Origin: Entomortierella parvispora E1425
Taxonomy: Eukaryota > Fungi > Mortierellomycota
Length of the DNA: 64,000 bases
Assembly (NCBI GenBank): GCA_020891255.1
Contig: BQFW01000001.1
Coordinates: forward strand, 434,001-498,000
Direction of reading: 5' to 3'
Shown here piece after piece: positions 23,196-35,342 of the stretch (position 1 is the stretch's first letter; the number at the start of each line of letters is the position of its first letter). Made by a program: the position numbers and the translations under genes. The notes below the pieces were generated by a model, which worked only from the letters and a program-made list of their open reading frames with translations, was not told the DNA's origin and did no database searches.

Positions 23196-26100
23196 TCAGC
23201 ATCGAGTCGGATTTGTAGAATCCAACGCCCTCTGTTGAACAGCCTTGAAGATTGACGGTATGGGCCCCTGTGTGCTACTACCCTCGGGAACCAGTTGCTG
23301 TTCAAGCTCGCCTTGCTCCGTGTAGAGGCGCAATCCACTATCGTGGGCTTGTAAAGATATGACATTATCGCAGCTGTAAAGAAACAGGTGGTTATTAAAA
23401 AGAGAGTCGATCTCCTCTTCGGACAGCTGTGGGATGGAACTCAACAGTTGGCGGTGGTGGCCTCCAATAAACAACGAGCCGTAATGTCGAACGTTCCTGT
23501 CATTGTCTGTGAGGACGGCAATCATAAACCGGATAGATGATTCCTGCAGGAATGAGGCATGGCCAAATGTTAATACTTCTGCCAGGTCGACATTCTCATG
23601 GAGATTCTTGAGACTCTTGAGAGTGACAGCGATCGAGTCGATGACTGATTCCGGCAAGGGGGAGTACTTTATCAAGGCCGTAATTGCCGAGTGCCTGACG
23701 TGCACATTATCGTCCTGGACTGTTGCGATGAGGGATTGAATTTCTGAATCTCGCAACTCAGGCTGCTCGAACAATACCGAGGATGCCGAGAGCCTGATTT
23801 GATAACGGTGATCCCTGAGTATGGTGATGATTGACTGCATAGCTGATTCCGACAATGGGGATTGCTTGAGTAATACAGATGCCGCTGAAAACCTGACCTC
23901 GTCATCTTCTTCCTTGAGTGCGGCAATGAGGGATTGGATGGCCGGTTCCTGCATCCGAGATTGCTTGAGCAATACTAACGTTGCAGAGTATCTGGCATTT
24001 TCATCACAACCCTTGAGTGTGGTAACAAGCGATTCGATGGCTGCTTCCTGCAACGGGGATTGTTTGAGTAATGTCGTTATTGCCGAGAGTCTGATAACTT
24101 CATCGTCGGCTTTGAAAGCAGCGATGAGGGACAGGATGGATGATTCCTGCAAAGGAGACTGCTCAAGTAACGACGATGCTGTCAAGGACCTGACATCTTT
24201 ATCGTCATCCTTGAGCGTACCGATGAGGGAGTGGACGGCAGATTCCTGTAACGGAGGCTGCTCAAGTAATACCGATACCGCTGAAGACCTGACATTTTTA
24301 TCACCATCCTTGAGAGTGGTGATTAACAACTGGATGGCTGACTCCTGCAACGGAGAATGCTTGAGCAATGCCGATATTGCAGAAGATCTGACGATTTTTT
24401 CATCATCCTTGAGAGAGACAACCAGGGAGAGGATAGCTGATCCCGGCAACGAAGACTGCTTGCTTAATGCCAACACTGCTGAAGACCTGACATCTTTATC
24501 GTAGTCCCTGAGTGTGGCGACAAGAGGCTGAACGACTGACTTCCGCAGCAGAGATTGTCTGCCTAAAGCTGATGCTGCTGAGGCCCTGACATTTTTATCA
24601 TCATCCTTGAGTGTGGCGATGGCGGCCCGGTGAACCGATTCTGGTAACAAAGGATGTTTGCCTAATACCGATATTGCTAGAGACCTGACTTGCCAATCGT
24701 CGTCCTTGAGTGCGGAAAGGAGGGACTGGATAGCTGATTCTGACAACAAGGACTGCATGCCTAATACCGATGCCGCTGACGACCTGACCCTCGTATCATC
24801 GTCCTTGAGTAGGGTGATCAGGTACTGGATGACTGATTCCGATAACAAAAGTTGTTTGCCCAAAGCTGATGCTGCTGCAGTCCTGATGTTTTCGTTGTCG
24901 TCCTTGAATACAGAAATGAGCGCCTGGGTGGCAGATTCTGACAATACAGAGCGTGAGCCCAAAGTATGAATGAGGGAGATCTTGCTCGAATGTGCAGATC
25001 CTATCGCTTCCACCAGAAGATCCTCAGGGAACGACAGTCGGCAGCCTAGCATGCTTCTGCCAAAGTTATTTTGACGCGTGCGCATCTCCAAGTACAGCCA
25101 CCGCATGAGCTCTGATTCCAGTGCCTCTCGGACTGGAGTGTCCAATCGAGCTCGAGCTTCAGTCAGGCAAGAGGCCAGGATCTGCTGATGGCGTCCTCCA
25201 ATCAAATCGCGCGGCTCTCCTTGTAAAAGTCCAAAAAAAGTCGCTCAGTCGCTCTTCTTCCAGCAGACCCGCCATCATGGACCACACGATCTCATATTGG
25301 GGATCATATTTGTGGCGGTGAACAAAGACGGTTAACGCCTCCGTGGTCATCATCCCCGCTGAGAAGTGCGGCTGTTGAGGTTGAAAATGGCGCGCGATCC
25401 ACGTGGCAGCAAAAAATTCCTGGAAAGTCAGGTGTGGAAAATGCCATGCTTGTCGAGAACTGCTGTTTTTGGAGTCCAAGTCTGAGTCTGCTGTGTGCAG
25501 AAACGAAGTCTGCTTCAAGATTTGAAAGAGTTGAGGAGGTGAGAGGTGTTGGTTGTTGTCTGTTTCATCCTCGAGGTCTTCAAATGCACGGAGCAGGTCC
25601 TCTTTGTCAAATTCGATTTGGTGATTGTTGGTCATCCCTTTGAACGCGAGATGGCCAAGGTGCTGCAGCTCAATCGCCATAAGCTTATCGATCCTTTTGG
25701 GTTTTAAATCGACGATCTGTTCTTCTGTCAAATTCATCCCGCCAATGGTCTTCTTGAGGAGAAGCGCGTCTTTGCACCAAAGCTTTCGCACCATCAACTG
25801 ATACAGCTGTGTCATGGTGATCGCCGTGCCATCTTTTGGAAGTGAATCCCAGCTGAAGCAGATCACGTCGAGTTGTACAGGGATGTTGATGAGTCCCTGG
25901 ATCAGCGGTGTTTGTTGAATAAAGTCTTGAACTTTTCTAGCTGGCTCAGGGGCGAGCACCTTGAGTACAAAGTCGTTGACGTTCTGCTGACTGAATCCAA
26001 CAGTTTCAAGCTCCAGATCAATCGATGGTAGTAGCTTGCTGTCCAACCCGGAAGGTCTTGAGGTGATGACAACATGTTGTTGCTGAAGCAGGTTCTTCAA

Positions 26101-28866
26101 GAATGATCTAAAGGCCTTGCCCTCATCTCTCTTCGCATCTGCGCCAATTTCATCTAGGCCATCCAAGATGAAAAGAACTCTGCCTCTCTGAGCGCAGATA
26201 GTGAGAGCATGGGCCAGTGCCTCCTGCTCTTCGTCAAAGTCTTCGGAAATAAAAACCATCTTGCGGAATAGATCTTGCAGACTACGAATCTTGAGTCCCC
26301 TGAGATGACGTAGTGGGATCCAAACCACAGTGTCGAACAGCTCCTTCCACAACCCACTTTGATGTGCATGGACTAGTTTCTTGCACAGTGTCGTTTTGCC
26401 AATGCCTGCTCGTCCTTGGACAAGAATTCTTTCAGGAATGCCTTCCTGTCCATTGCGTAGGTTTCGCTTGTTAAAGAGTTGTTCCAGTGGGATCAGTGAC
26501 TGGGTGTCTGTGTTCTGCACCCTTTCACTGCTGGGCATTCGAAGAAAGACGGCCGCCTGTTCTTTGAGTTTCTCCTTTTCCTTTTGCCGATGCTCTGACG
26601 CTTGGACAATCGCGAGATTGACAAAACACGTTTCCAGATCCAGTTCCTCTCCCGAAACTCTGAAAATAAAAAGATCTGGTGCATGGTAGATCCTCAACGC
26701 ACGGTGAATCCTATCGAGACTAGGAGATAAAATGGGACCTGGAAAGCTCTCTATCTTGGCATGGCGATGATTCCGATCCTGGACAGCCTTGATCAGTGAG
26801 ATATTCGTGCTGTAACGACCAGACGAACTTGCTGACTTGTCATTAATGCAAAACGGCAGTTGCTGATGGGACGTTGAGTTCAGATGTGTGTTCAGTTTCC
26901 TCACTTCTTCCAGTAATGACTTGGCCACTAAAACCGAAACAGAGAGACAAAAAAACGCGTCAGGATCTATACCTGTCGCATGTTTTGATTTTTACATGTG
27001 ATATGGGGTTGGCATATTGTTCGTACATACCTTCAAAGTGCATGTCATTGTTGGATAACACGTTGATAAGCACGTCAAAGACGACCTGATCAATCTTTTC
27101 CTGCCGAATCCAAAGTCCATTGTCCATATAGAGAGCTCCAAGGAAAGAAATTGCATCTTGCCTTGAGTTCAGGCTCCACTGGGTATGGACTGCAAACTGG
27201 CCAAGTAGCTGGCAGATTCCCCATTGAAATATGAACTGGTGTCGGCACGGCGTAGTGGTAACCAGCTCCTTGAACTGCACGAGTCGGCCAGTTTCAATAT
27301 ACCATTCTGCTGTTCGGAGGGCGCGGTACCAAGCACTCTTAAACTTCAACCCTTCCTTCACTGTGAATGTAGAAGTCCCACCGTCCTCGATTGTTCTCAG
27401 AATGCCTTTGAGGTTCCTGACGCCTGCTTTGCCAACGTCATAGAGTCTCTCCAAGCTTTCGAGTATGTCTTTGAGTTCCCTCGGGTCAGGTATTTTGGCC
27501 AATCCTGCGCCGCCTTTAAGCACCAGCCATAGTCGTCTGAATCCTGCATGCCAGATATCATCATCGTCAGACACATTGAGCAATGCCTGGGTAGCGTACT
27601 TGGCTTGGAATGCCAAATAAGGGTTATCACTCGACTCTGACCCTCGAAGAAGTTCTGACAATGGTCCATGAAGGTTGACGCGATCGACATCTCCGACATC
27701 GGCATCCACCATTGCGTCCAGAACCCGCGATGCTGCCAGCAGCAGGATATGGTATTGACGGTCCATAGAGTGGATAGATTGCAGTCGCCTGTGCAGGCAC
27801 CGGAGAATGGTTACAAGGTCGTTTGGTTCCATGGATCCTGGCGCTGCTCCCTGAATCGCCTTAGCCAACCCATCCAGAGAATGCAAATGTAGAATCTCTG
27901 ACTCATTCACGGTGTCGATGAACGTTTTGATGAGAAATCGCGAATGATCTCTGTTGAGCACAGGAGCCAAATGGATAACCTCGGCGATTGCAGTAGCATT
28001 CTTCATAATGTCCTTTGCAAATGACTGAATGACTTGAACGGACAAGCGTTCCAGGCGTTCTTTCTCCTCCGAGTCATTCAAGGTGTTGAGTCGCCACTTG
28101 AGCTCATCTGGCGGAAGCTTGTCCTCTTGAAGTGATGGCTGTAAAAGAGCAAGGCAATAGGCGAGTTGTCGTGTGCTCCCCAATGACTCGCCCTTACTAG
28201 GCAATGGGAAAAAAGGGAACTCAGGAACCACATTATCACTAAAGAATGATGGAGACCCCGAGTCCACAGTTCCAGCCACAATTGAAACAGCTGCCTGAGA
28301 GGAGATTGTGGGCAGGTACTGAGGAGTGGAGGCAGCGCTAGACATAGTTTCAGTGGAGGTGGTGCAAAAAGTGGCAGTAGAGGCAGAGTTGATTGTTGCT
28401 GCTGAGGAGCTCCAGTAGTTGATTCCTGCTTGGGCGATTGCTGTAGAGAATCCTGCCCCCATAAGAGATGGCGCGATGGTGGCTGAATAAAACCTCATTC
28501 TCTCATCGCGCGATTGCCTGGCAGGAATACAAATCCATATGGTCAGTATACAGCGCGGCTTCTCGATGCTGACAAGAGACAAAACCCCTCAACATACCTC
28601 AAAGGATCTGCTTGCAGTCTACACTTGGTAGCCTTTTCCTGAAACTGTTTTCCCGCATGATCAAGTGCCGCGGCGAGGTCTAGGAACGCAACAATCATCT
28701 CCTCCAGATGGGTGGGGTCCGTTCTAATAACATCGACGTTGGCAAGGGCCTTCTTTGCAGCCCGATAGTGCTTCATGACCTCAAACTCAGAACCTCGAGC
28801 TTTTCGAACCCCTTCGGTGTTGGCTTTTGCTTGCATCAAAGCATCCTGTGCAGAAAGATAGGGCAT
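23196..28866 (-). pseudogene. NLR-like gene 1: helical N-terminus / Arm-like region / NACHT / ~15 HEAT repeats; +1 frameshift
   Basis: Exons 28866-28598, 28517-27031 and 26927-23196 with GT-AG introns that join in frame. Walker A GRAGIGKTT, Walker B LFILDGLDE, VITSRP. An A7 run at 25233-25239 shifts the frame before GEPRDLIGGRHQQ. Confidence 0.85.
23460..24908 (-). repeat. Coding array of 99-bp (33-aa) HEAT/PBS-lyase-like repeats, NLR1
   Basis: About 15 units of LKDDDxxVRxxAxxxLxxQSxLxESAIQSLIxT. Confidence 0.9.
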
Positions 28867-31330
28867 GTCGAGCTTTCTACAAAACAGTTCGCAGGGTATA
28901 AAGTACAGCTTAGGAAACTGTTAGTTTAGAGTCTCGTTCAAGCTGTAGACTCTGGACGGTACCTTGGAGGGTGGGTGTTCCCGTCATCAACGAGTGTAGG
29001 TCTGGAAAGCAGTGAGAATGAGTAAAAGATTGTTCAGTACAAAGATCGAATGACGAGTCAGTAAAAGGAGGATGTGCAAAGGGAAGGCAGGAAAAAATCG
29101 TCAGGACCAACTTGTCAGGAAACAAAAGAGATGAGATGCCCGTCCCTCTTGCCCCAGAAATTCTCCAACGACGCCGCTCTGGTCGAATCGATTGTGAGCA
29201 TCTGCGTAATGGACAAGGGAGATTGCTTGTGCGACGCGACAGGGCCTCGTACTTAACCACCTGTTGTTGTTTCGTTGGTTGACTCTGTTGAACTGATGTT
29301 TGGCAGTTGTTGCACTCGTGTCCTGGAAGCAGTGTTGCAAGCATATACCATCGACGGTGACAAGGAAGAGGATGCGACATGGTGAACGGGTGGAAAGGGA
29401 GTGGAGAATGGGGTGATGGAATGAGGGCATGGGATGCAGCCACGCAGGCCCGACTCACCTAGTTGGTGGCTCCAACTTTGACGAGGTGCAAAAGGGCGTG
29501 TCCTTGCGCGGTATCTCTCCAACACAAAGCATGCACTGTGATGGCTCTGTGAGGGTCATGTCTGGTCCGATACAAAGAGCAGAAGGGAAAGGGAAAGTGC
29601 GGGAAGGAAAGCCGTGCAGTTGGAGGTGCAAGCATGTGGGTTGGTGGCAACGACCATCAGGGCGAAAAAAGGAATCACGTGCATTCATCGATGTGTGGCA
29701 CACGCCCCCTGTTCCTGTCGTTCTCTCCCTTCTCTCTTCTCTCTTCTCTCTCCATGTACCATGTCTTTCAACCAGCAGGATACTCGGATGATGGAGCAAC
29801 TGACATGGAACCAGAGGAACGAATGCCCGACAATCAGATGACTGCTCGCTCATGGCAGTGCAAGCATGTTCGCTCCTTCATTCATGTGATTCTTGGATGA
29901 ATGCACTCCTGGACTGGACCACGGGATGGAGCAATGTCACCAAAACGAACTCATTCTGAGGTCGGGCCCCTGCTGGTTGAACGCGCTTCAAAGAGATCAT
30001 AGTCACCATCCCTGTCTGTCGTTGTTTGTTGAAGGTCTCGTGGGTCGTAGCCAGCAGTTGTTGCGCGACGATGCATGTTGGTGCTTGCTTTTTATTTGAA
30101 TTGTTGGACCAGGTACCATACATGCATGTTCGCTGACTGATCTTTTGACTTCTCCTTTGTCCCTTCCTCTGCGTTTTAGAAAATTAACGCAAACAACAAC
30201 TGGATCTTCGCGCTGATCCGTTAATTTCACGAGTAGCCCTTGCTGCGTGAGGGCGACTCGATCCACTTCGGAAGGGTAGAAGGGTAAGTAGACGACAGGA
30301 CCCTTTGCCTTTATCCTACCTTCAGAACTTCTAAAGGAACGTGCGAAGAGCACTGGCAAGGGACCCTTTTGAACAGTCTCAGGTGTTAGGCAGTCATTGC
30401 TGGATGTTTTATCTGATCGCCTTTTTTTTTTTTTTTTTTTTTTTATCAAAATAACTGTAGATGGACCATGCTACCTATGCCAGTCAATTGGTTTCTAAGG
30501 AGGCGTATATCAGCTTCTCCAAGATGGTAAAGTAGGCGGACGTGACGAAGGTGAACGACACTATCTCCAAAGAGATGTTGGGGCAATCGTTGAAGCGTCA
30601 ACCTGGTAGTCGCGATGATGGTGGGCGAAAGAAAAGTCTGGAGGAAAGTGATACACCGCGGAGGCAGGCAAGGAGAGTGAGGGGACAATGACAGTAGCGA
30701 TGATGATCGGAGGCGGAGACTATGTCAAGAAGGATCAACGGCTTGCAGAGATCATTGCTGGGACTGAGCAAGATGAATCCAGAGCAGACGTTGGAGGACA
30801 TTTCTGGCCGTTTGTCTTGATCTGTCTATCACGAGATAGAAAAAAAATACATTGCTCGAACTGATGGCCACTTTCGAACCTCAATCTATCTCTGTCCTCC
30901 GAATTTTCGTTCCTGCCTTGGCCATGGCGATAGACATGGATGCATCCTGGGTTCACCATTGGAGCCGTCCTCTTCCAGACCGATCCATTTAGAACATCGG
31001 AACATCTAGGCCTGTCGCCTTCGCATCCCGTCAACTCGACCCGGCCAACAGCAACTACCCAGTCCGCGCGAGAGAATTAGTCCATGCCCCTCGCACTTGG
31101 CGATACTCTCTCAACGTGTTCCACTCGGACCCAGCCCAACCTTACTGTAGGAGTACAGTTTTCACTTTGGATACAATCGAGGTGAAAAGACATAGTGCCA
31201 GACGCGTGGGACTGAAGCTCTAAATCAAAAAATGAAAAGATAACATAGTTAATAGGCACATTTGTCCATTCGCATTGAAAACATCCTAAATTTAACATCG
31301 ATACCAACAAAAGGGGCCGCGCTGGATAAT

Positions 31331-32400
31331 AACAAGGCGGTGTGGCGCGCCCGGCCATGATATACCCAAGGGGCATAACACATATGCCGGACGGCGCACC
31401 ACGATACTGTACCTTTAACTGCCGGAAGTAGTTCCGGGCGCAGTTATAACGCAAGACCATCATGACATGCAGGAATGGCTACAGATACATCTGGCGCACC
31501 CAGCCATGATATACCGAAAGGGTATGACACATATGCAGGACGGGGCACCACGATACTGTCTCTAACTGCCGGAAGTAGTTCCGGGCGCAGTTATAACCAT
31601 CACGACACGCAGGAATGGCCACAGAGATACATCATGCCGAGAAGCATGGTGATCACACCTCTGCGTTTGCGTAGTGTAGATGTAGAAGAAAAACGGTGCC
31701 AATCGTCACTTCAAAGAGCATTACAAAGAGAAAAAAAAATATAAAGGGACGCCCTGGACACTAAAGGGCGGTGTGGCGCGCCCGGCCATGATATACCCAA
31801 GGGGCATAACACATATGCCGGACGGCGCACCACGATACTATACCTTTAACTGCCGGAAGTAGTTCCGGGCGCAGTTATAATGCAAGACCATCATGACATG
31901 CAGGAATGGCTACAGATACATCTGGCGCACCCAGCCATGACATACCGAAAGGGTATAACACATATGACGGGGCACCATGATACTATCTCTAACTGCCGGA
32001 AGTAGTTCCGGGCGCAGTTATAACCATCATGACACGCAGGAACGGCCACAGAGATACATCATGCCGAGAAGCATGGTGATCACACCTCTGCGTTTGCGTA
32101 GTGTAGATGTAGAAGAAAAACGGTGCCAATCGTCACTTCAAAGAGCATTACAAAGAGAAAAAAAAATATACAAAGGGACGCCCTGGACACTAACAAGGCA
32201 GTGTGGCGCGCCCGGCCATGATATACCCAAGGGGTATAACACATATGCCGGACGGCGCACCACGATACTATACCTTTAACTGCCGGAAGTAGTTCCGGGC
32301 GCAGTTATAACGCAAGACTATCATGACCTGCAGGAATGGCCTATAGAGATACATCTGGAGCGCCTGACCATTATATACCAAAAGGGTACCACACATATGC
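31331..32400. repeat. Higher-order tandem array (~430-bp period, 2.5 units) with five invariant hairpins
   Basis: Units start near 31331, 31762 and 32191. TAACTGCCGGAAGTAGTTCCGGGCGCAGTTA occurs at 31416, 31563, 31847, 31990 and 32277. Confidence 0.9.
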
Positions 32401-33026
32401 AGGACGGACCCTCAGTGGCTCTGATTGCATCGTACGTGTGGGTGATCCAATAGGTGCGGTGGATGTGGTGGTGAATATCACTACTGTATGCAGACACAAT
32501 TAGCATCTTCACTCCACCACATCCTCGACCATGCAAGAGTAATTGAGATCAAAGAATAAAAACATACCTTGGGGCACAATCGCGATACGAGGAAGAGAGT
32601 CTTCGGTATACGGCCCTGAGGCTTCAATCAACGTGCCAGCTGTCCTGATTACTGAAAGTCGAGCTCTTTTGTCCGTCCAATATAACGCCGCTCTGTCATT
32701 TGACTTCCATCGTTCAAATTTGTCCTGGCGTTCGTTTCAAGGGTCCCATGTCTGTACAACATATCTGGATGACCCACCCATATCGACGGTGACCCACCAG
32801 CCTCTCCGTGAGCCTCTCCGTGAGTTTGAAGGCCAAAAAAAAAAGTTTCCGGGGATCTGTCCTCTGGGGTCTTGGCGGACCTGTACCAAGCACCTTCCTG
32901 CACCGTGAGATCGGACATGTCTAATTAGAAGTCAGAAAAAAGGGATTTGCTGTTGAAAATGGCACTGTTTGTTGAGAGTGTAGCGTGAACAATAATAACA
33001 CATATTCAGGTAGACACGAGATGAAA

Positions 33027-33357
33027 ACTAGCGCACGGTGCCAAATGAAGTTTTCAACTCTGGGTTGGTGCCGCATGCCACCGACATGGAGACGCCAAAG
33101 AAGAAAAACCAGTCAAAAGGGTAGGCGTGGTTTTTGGCTGAATGCGCCAGTGATAAAACATCACTGGGCACAGAGCGTTATACATCAAGAAGCCCACGGG
33201 CATGCCGACTAGCGCACGGTGCCAAAAGAAGGTTTCAACTCTGGGTTGGTGCCGCATGCCACTGAATGAGACGCCAAAGAAGAAAAACCAATCAAAAGGG
33301 TAGGCGTGGTTTTTGGCTGAATGCGTCAGTGATAAAACATCACTGGGCACAGAGCGT
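33027..33357. repeat. ~150-bp direct repeat pair, each containing a CAGTGAT-AAAAC-ATCACTG hairpin
   Basis: Copies at 33027-33178 and 33208-33357 with few substitutions. Confidence 0.88.
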
Positions 33358-33807
33358 CCGCACATGTCCAGCTTAATAAAAGCACTGAAAAAAAATCGTC
33401 ATCCTTTGCCATCACACGACCAGCTAAATGTTGAAAGTAATGAGGACCCAGATCATAGAATCATAGTGGAGGAGAGCACTTGCCAGTAAAATGTTATGGC
33501 GGTGTGATGACGAATCGAGACAAACAGAGTGAGAGAGTGAGAGGAAAAAAAAATGTGTGGAGGGGAAGGATGAGAAGGATGAAGGCAAGGGTACAAAGAG
33601 AAGGGCGATGGAGAGAGTAAAGGACAAGACACACACCTCTGCGTTTTGGTGCGCCACAACCTCCAAAACGCGACAATTCAGTGATCACGTGGCGGCGATG
33701 TCAACTGCATCCTGCGCGACCTCTCGGATCCTGCGGGATGTTCCTGTTTTCCTCATCTTTTTTTTTTTCACATGCAGCTGGACCATTCCCCCGTTTTCGA
33801 CTGATCA

Positions 33808-34497
33808 ATGTCCAACACCACGGAAACCAACAATGACGACACTCTTACCCTGGAACAGATGGCAACATTGTTCAAGGCTATGCAGCAACAAAATGCACTC
33901 ATGCAAAAGCGTGTGGCCGAACTTGAGGCAGCAGCCTCAGACGCAGTCCCCAGACCAAACAAGGTCGTCGTCAGGAACGGCAAAGAAGTTCTCCTACATT
34001 ACCCAGAATTGTTGGAGGAGTACCCTGTCATCGCCCAACCCAAGTTTTACGATACCATCCTTGAACCAGACGACCGTTTCATTCAGTGGAATGACTTTTA
34101 CCTCACCGACGGCATGGCTTACACCCCTCCCCCTGTTCTCCAACATGCAGAAGTCAAGCTCTCAGACCCTTCCAGGAAGCATGAGAGTGATCTCATCAAG
34201 ATTCAAGGATTCATCGCCTGTTCAACCCGATTCCTCGACACTTTCGCGGATGAGGTTGTGGACTCCGAGAATCGCACCACGAAACTGGGACAGCGCCTTA
34301 TCGACTTCCTCAGCACGATGCGTGTCTTGGCTAGCAACGACGCCAGCAAGATCAGCAAGATGCGCAAGAAACTCTACACTGACGCGCTTGGACGCCGGGA
34401 AGATGATGGCAAAATAGCGCACCATACCCATACCCTTGACAATGGCATCCACAAAACGTACCGCAAGTATACCAAGGACCACAGCGCCAGGACCTAG
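33808..34497 (+). CDS. Gag-like ORF1, probably from a truncated DIRS/tyrosine-recombinase-type retroelement
   Basis: 229-aa ATG-initiated ORF with an N-terminal coiled coil and DLIKIQGFIACSTRFLD..F..ASKISKMR pattern resembling ORF1 of early-diverging fungal DIRS-like elements (from memory). No RT or YR recognised downstream. Confidence 0.4.
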   Translation: MSNTTETNNDDTLTLEQMATLFKAMQQQNALMQKRVAELEAAASDAVPRPNKVVVRNGKEVLLHYPELLEEYPVIAQPKFYDTILEPDDRFIQWNDFYLTDGMAYTPPPVLQHAEVKLSDPSRKHESDLIKIQGFIACSTRFLDTFADEVVDSENRTTKLGQRLIDFLSTMRVLASNDASKISKMRKKLYTDALGRREDDGKIAHHTHTLDNGIHKTYRKYTKDHSART

Positions 34498-35342
34498 GAC
34501 AAGGATGGAACCAGGAAGTCAACCTCTTAGTCAAGCGACGTACTCCGGATAAAAATGTGGATGTACCAGCAGCGGAGAAGAAGGGCATCATAATACGGAA
34601 ACAGATTGCAAGTCTGAGAGCCCTAAGCCAAAGAAGCCGATCATGGGATGCCCAGCAACGAGAGGATATGGAACACAGACACCCAGTCTTGGAACAGCTC
34701 TTCAATTAACGCAAGTTTGCGTGATGGCAAGGAAAACATTCCATGAAGGATCCTAGTGCACGGAGAATAGGCATTCGTAAATGGGCTCTGTGCAGAAAAC
34801 CTTGCTCGTAGAGTGCAGTGAAGGTTGGACGACCACCAGTTGCTTGGCCCTCTCTGGCCTTTTGCGCTTGATGGCGTTTCTGACCCCCTAACCTATTTTC
34901 CCCAATGCCTTTTTTTTTTTTTTTTCACCATCTGATCAGTCAGTTTATCTATGAAAAGCATTCGTTGACAACTGAGGTGAAAAAAAGCTGACCACTTCCT
35001 CGCACATGGATGCCAATCCCGCTGCCTTGATCTCAAGAAGGAGTATTCTAAAGCACTATTAAAGCAGCAAAGGTTGGTATGAACCCTAGCAGTCGGCACT
35101 GTTCCTCTCTATCATTCTAGTGGCCAAAGAAGATTCAGCACTCCAGAGCCAAGTATCTCAAATAAAGCTTTTCTTGTCCGGAAGAAATTTATTGAAAATC
35201 TCCATTGGTGCAAGTGTTCCTGAACAATCTGCATGAGCCACCTAGTCCTTGGTAATCTGAAGAAGCCTGCTGCCCACGAATGATCCGATTTATGTGTACA
35301 TGAGATCAATGCTCAGTGTGCTTGAGACAAAAAACTGTAGCG

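Noticed and set aside
31331-32400. CRISPR-like appearance (31-bp palindromic repeat, five copies)
   Set aside because: The intervening sequences are homologous to each other and 110-260 bp long, no cas genes are present, and the context is eukaryotic.
32570-32800. Minus-strand exon-like segment (..VIRTAGTLIEASGPYTEDS.. ending at GTATGT) faintly like a KDZ-type transposase
   Set aside because: It is too short and contains stops, so it cannot be assigned without a profile search.
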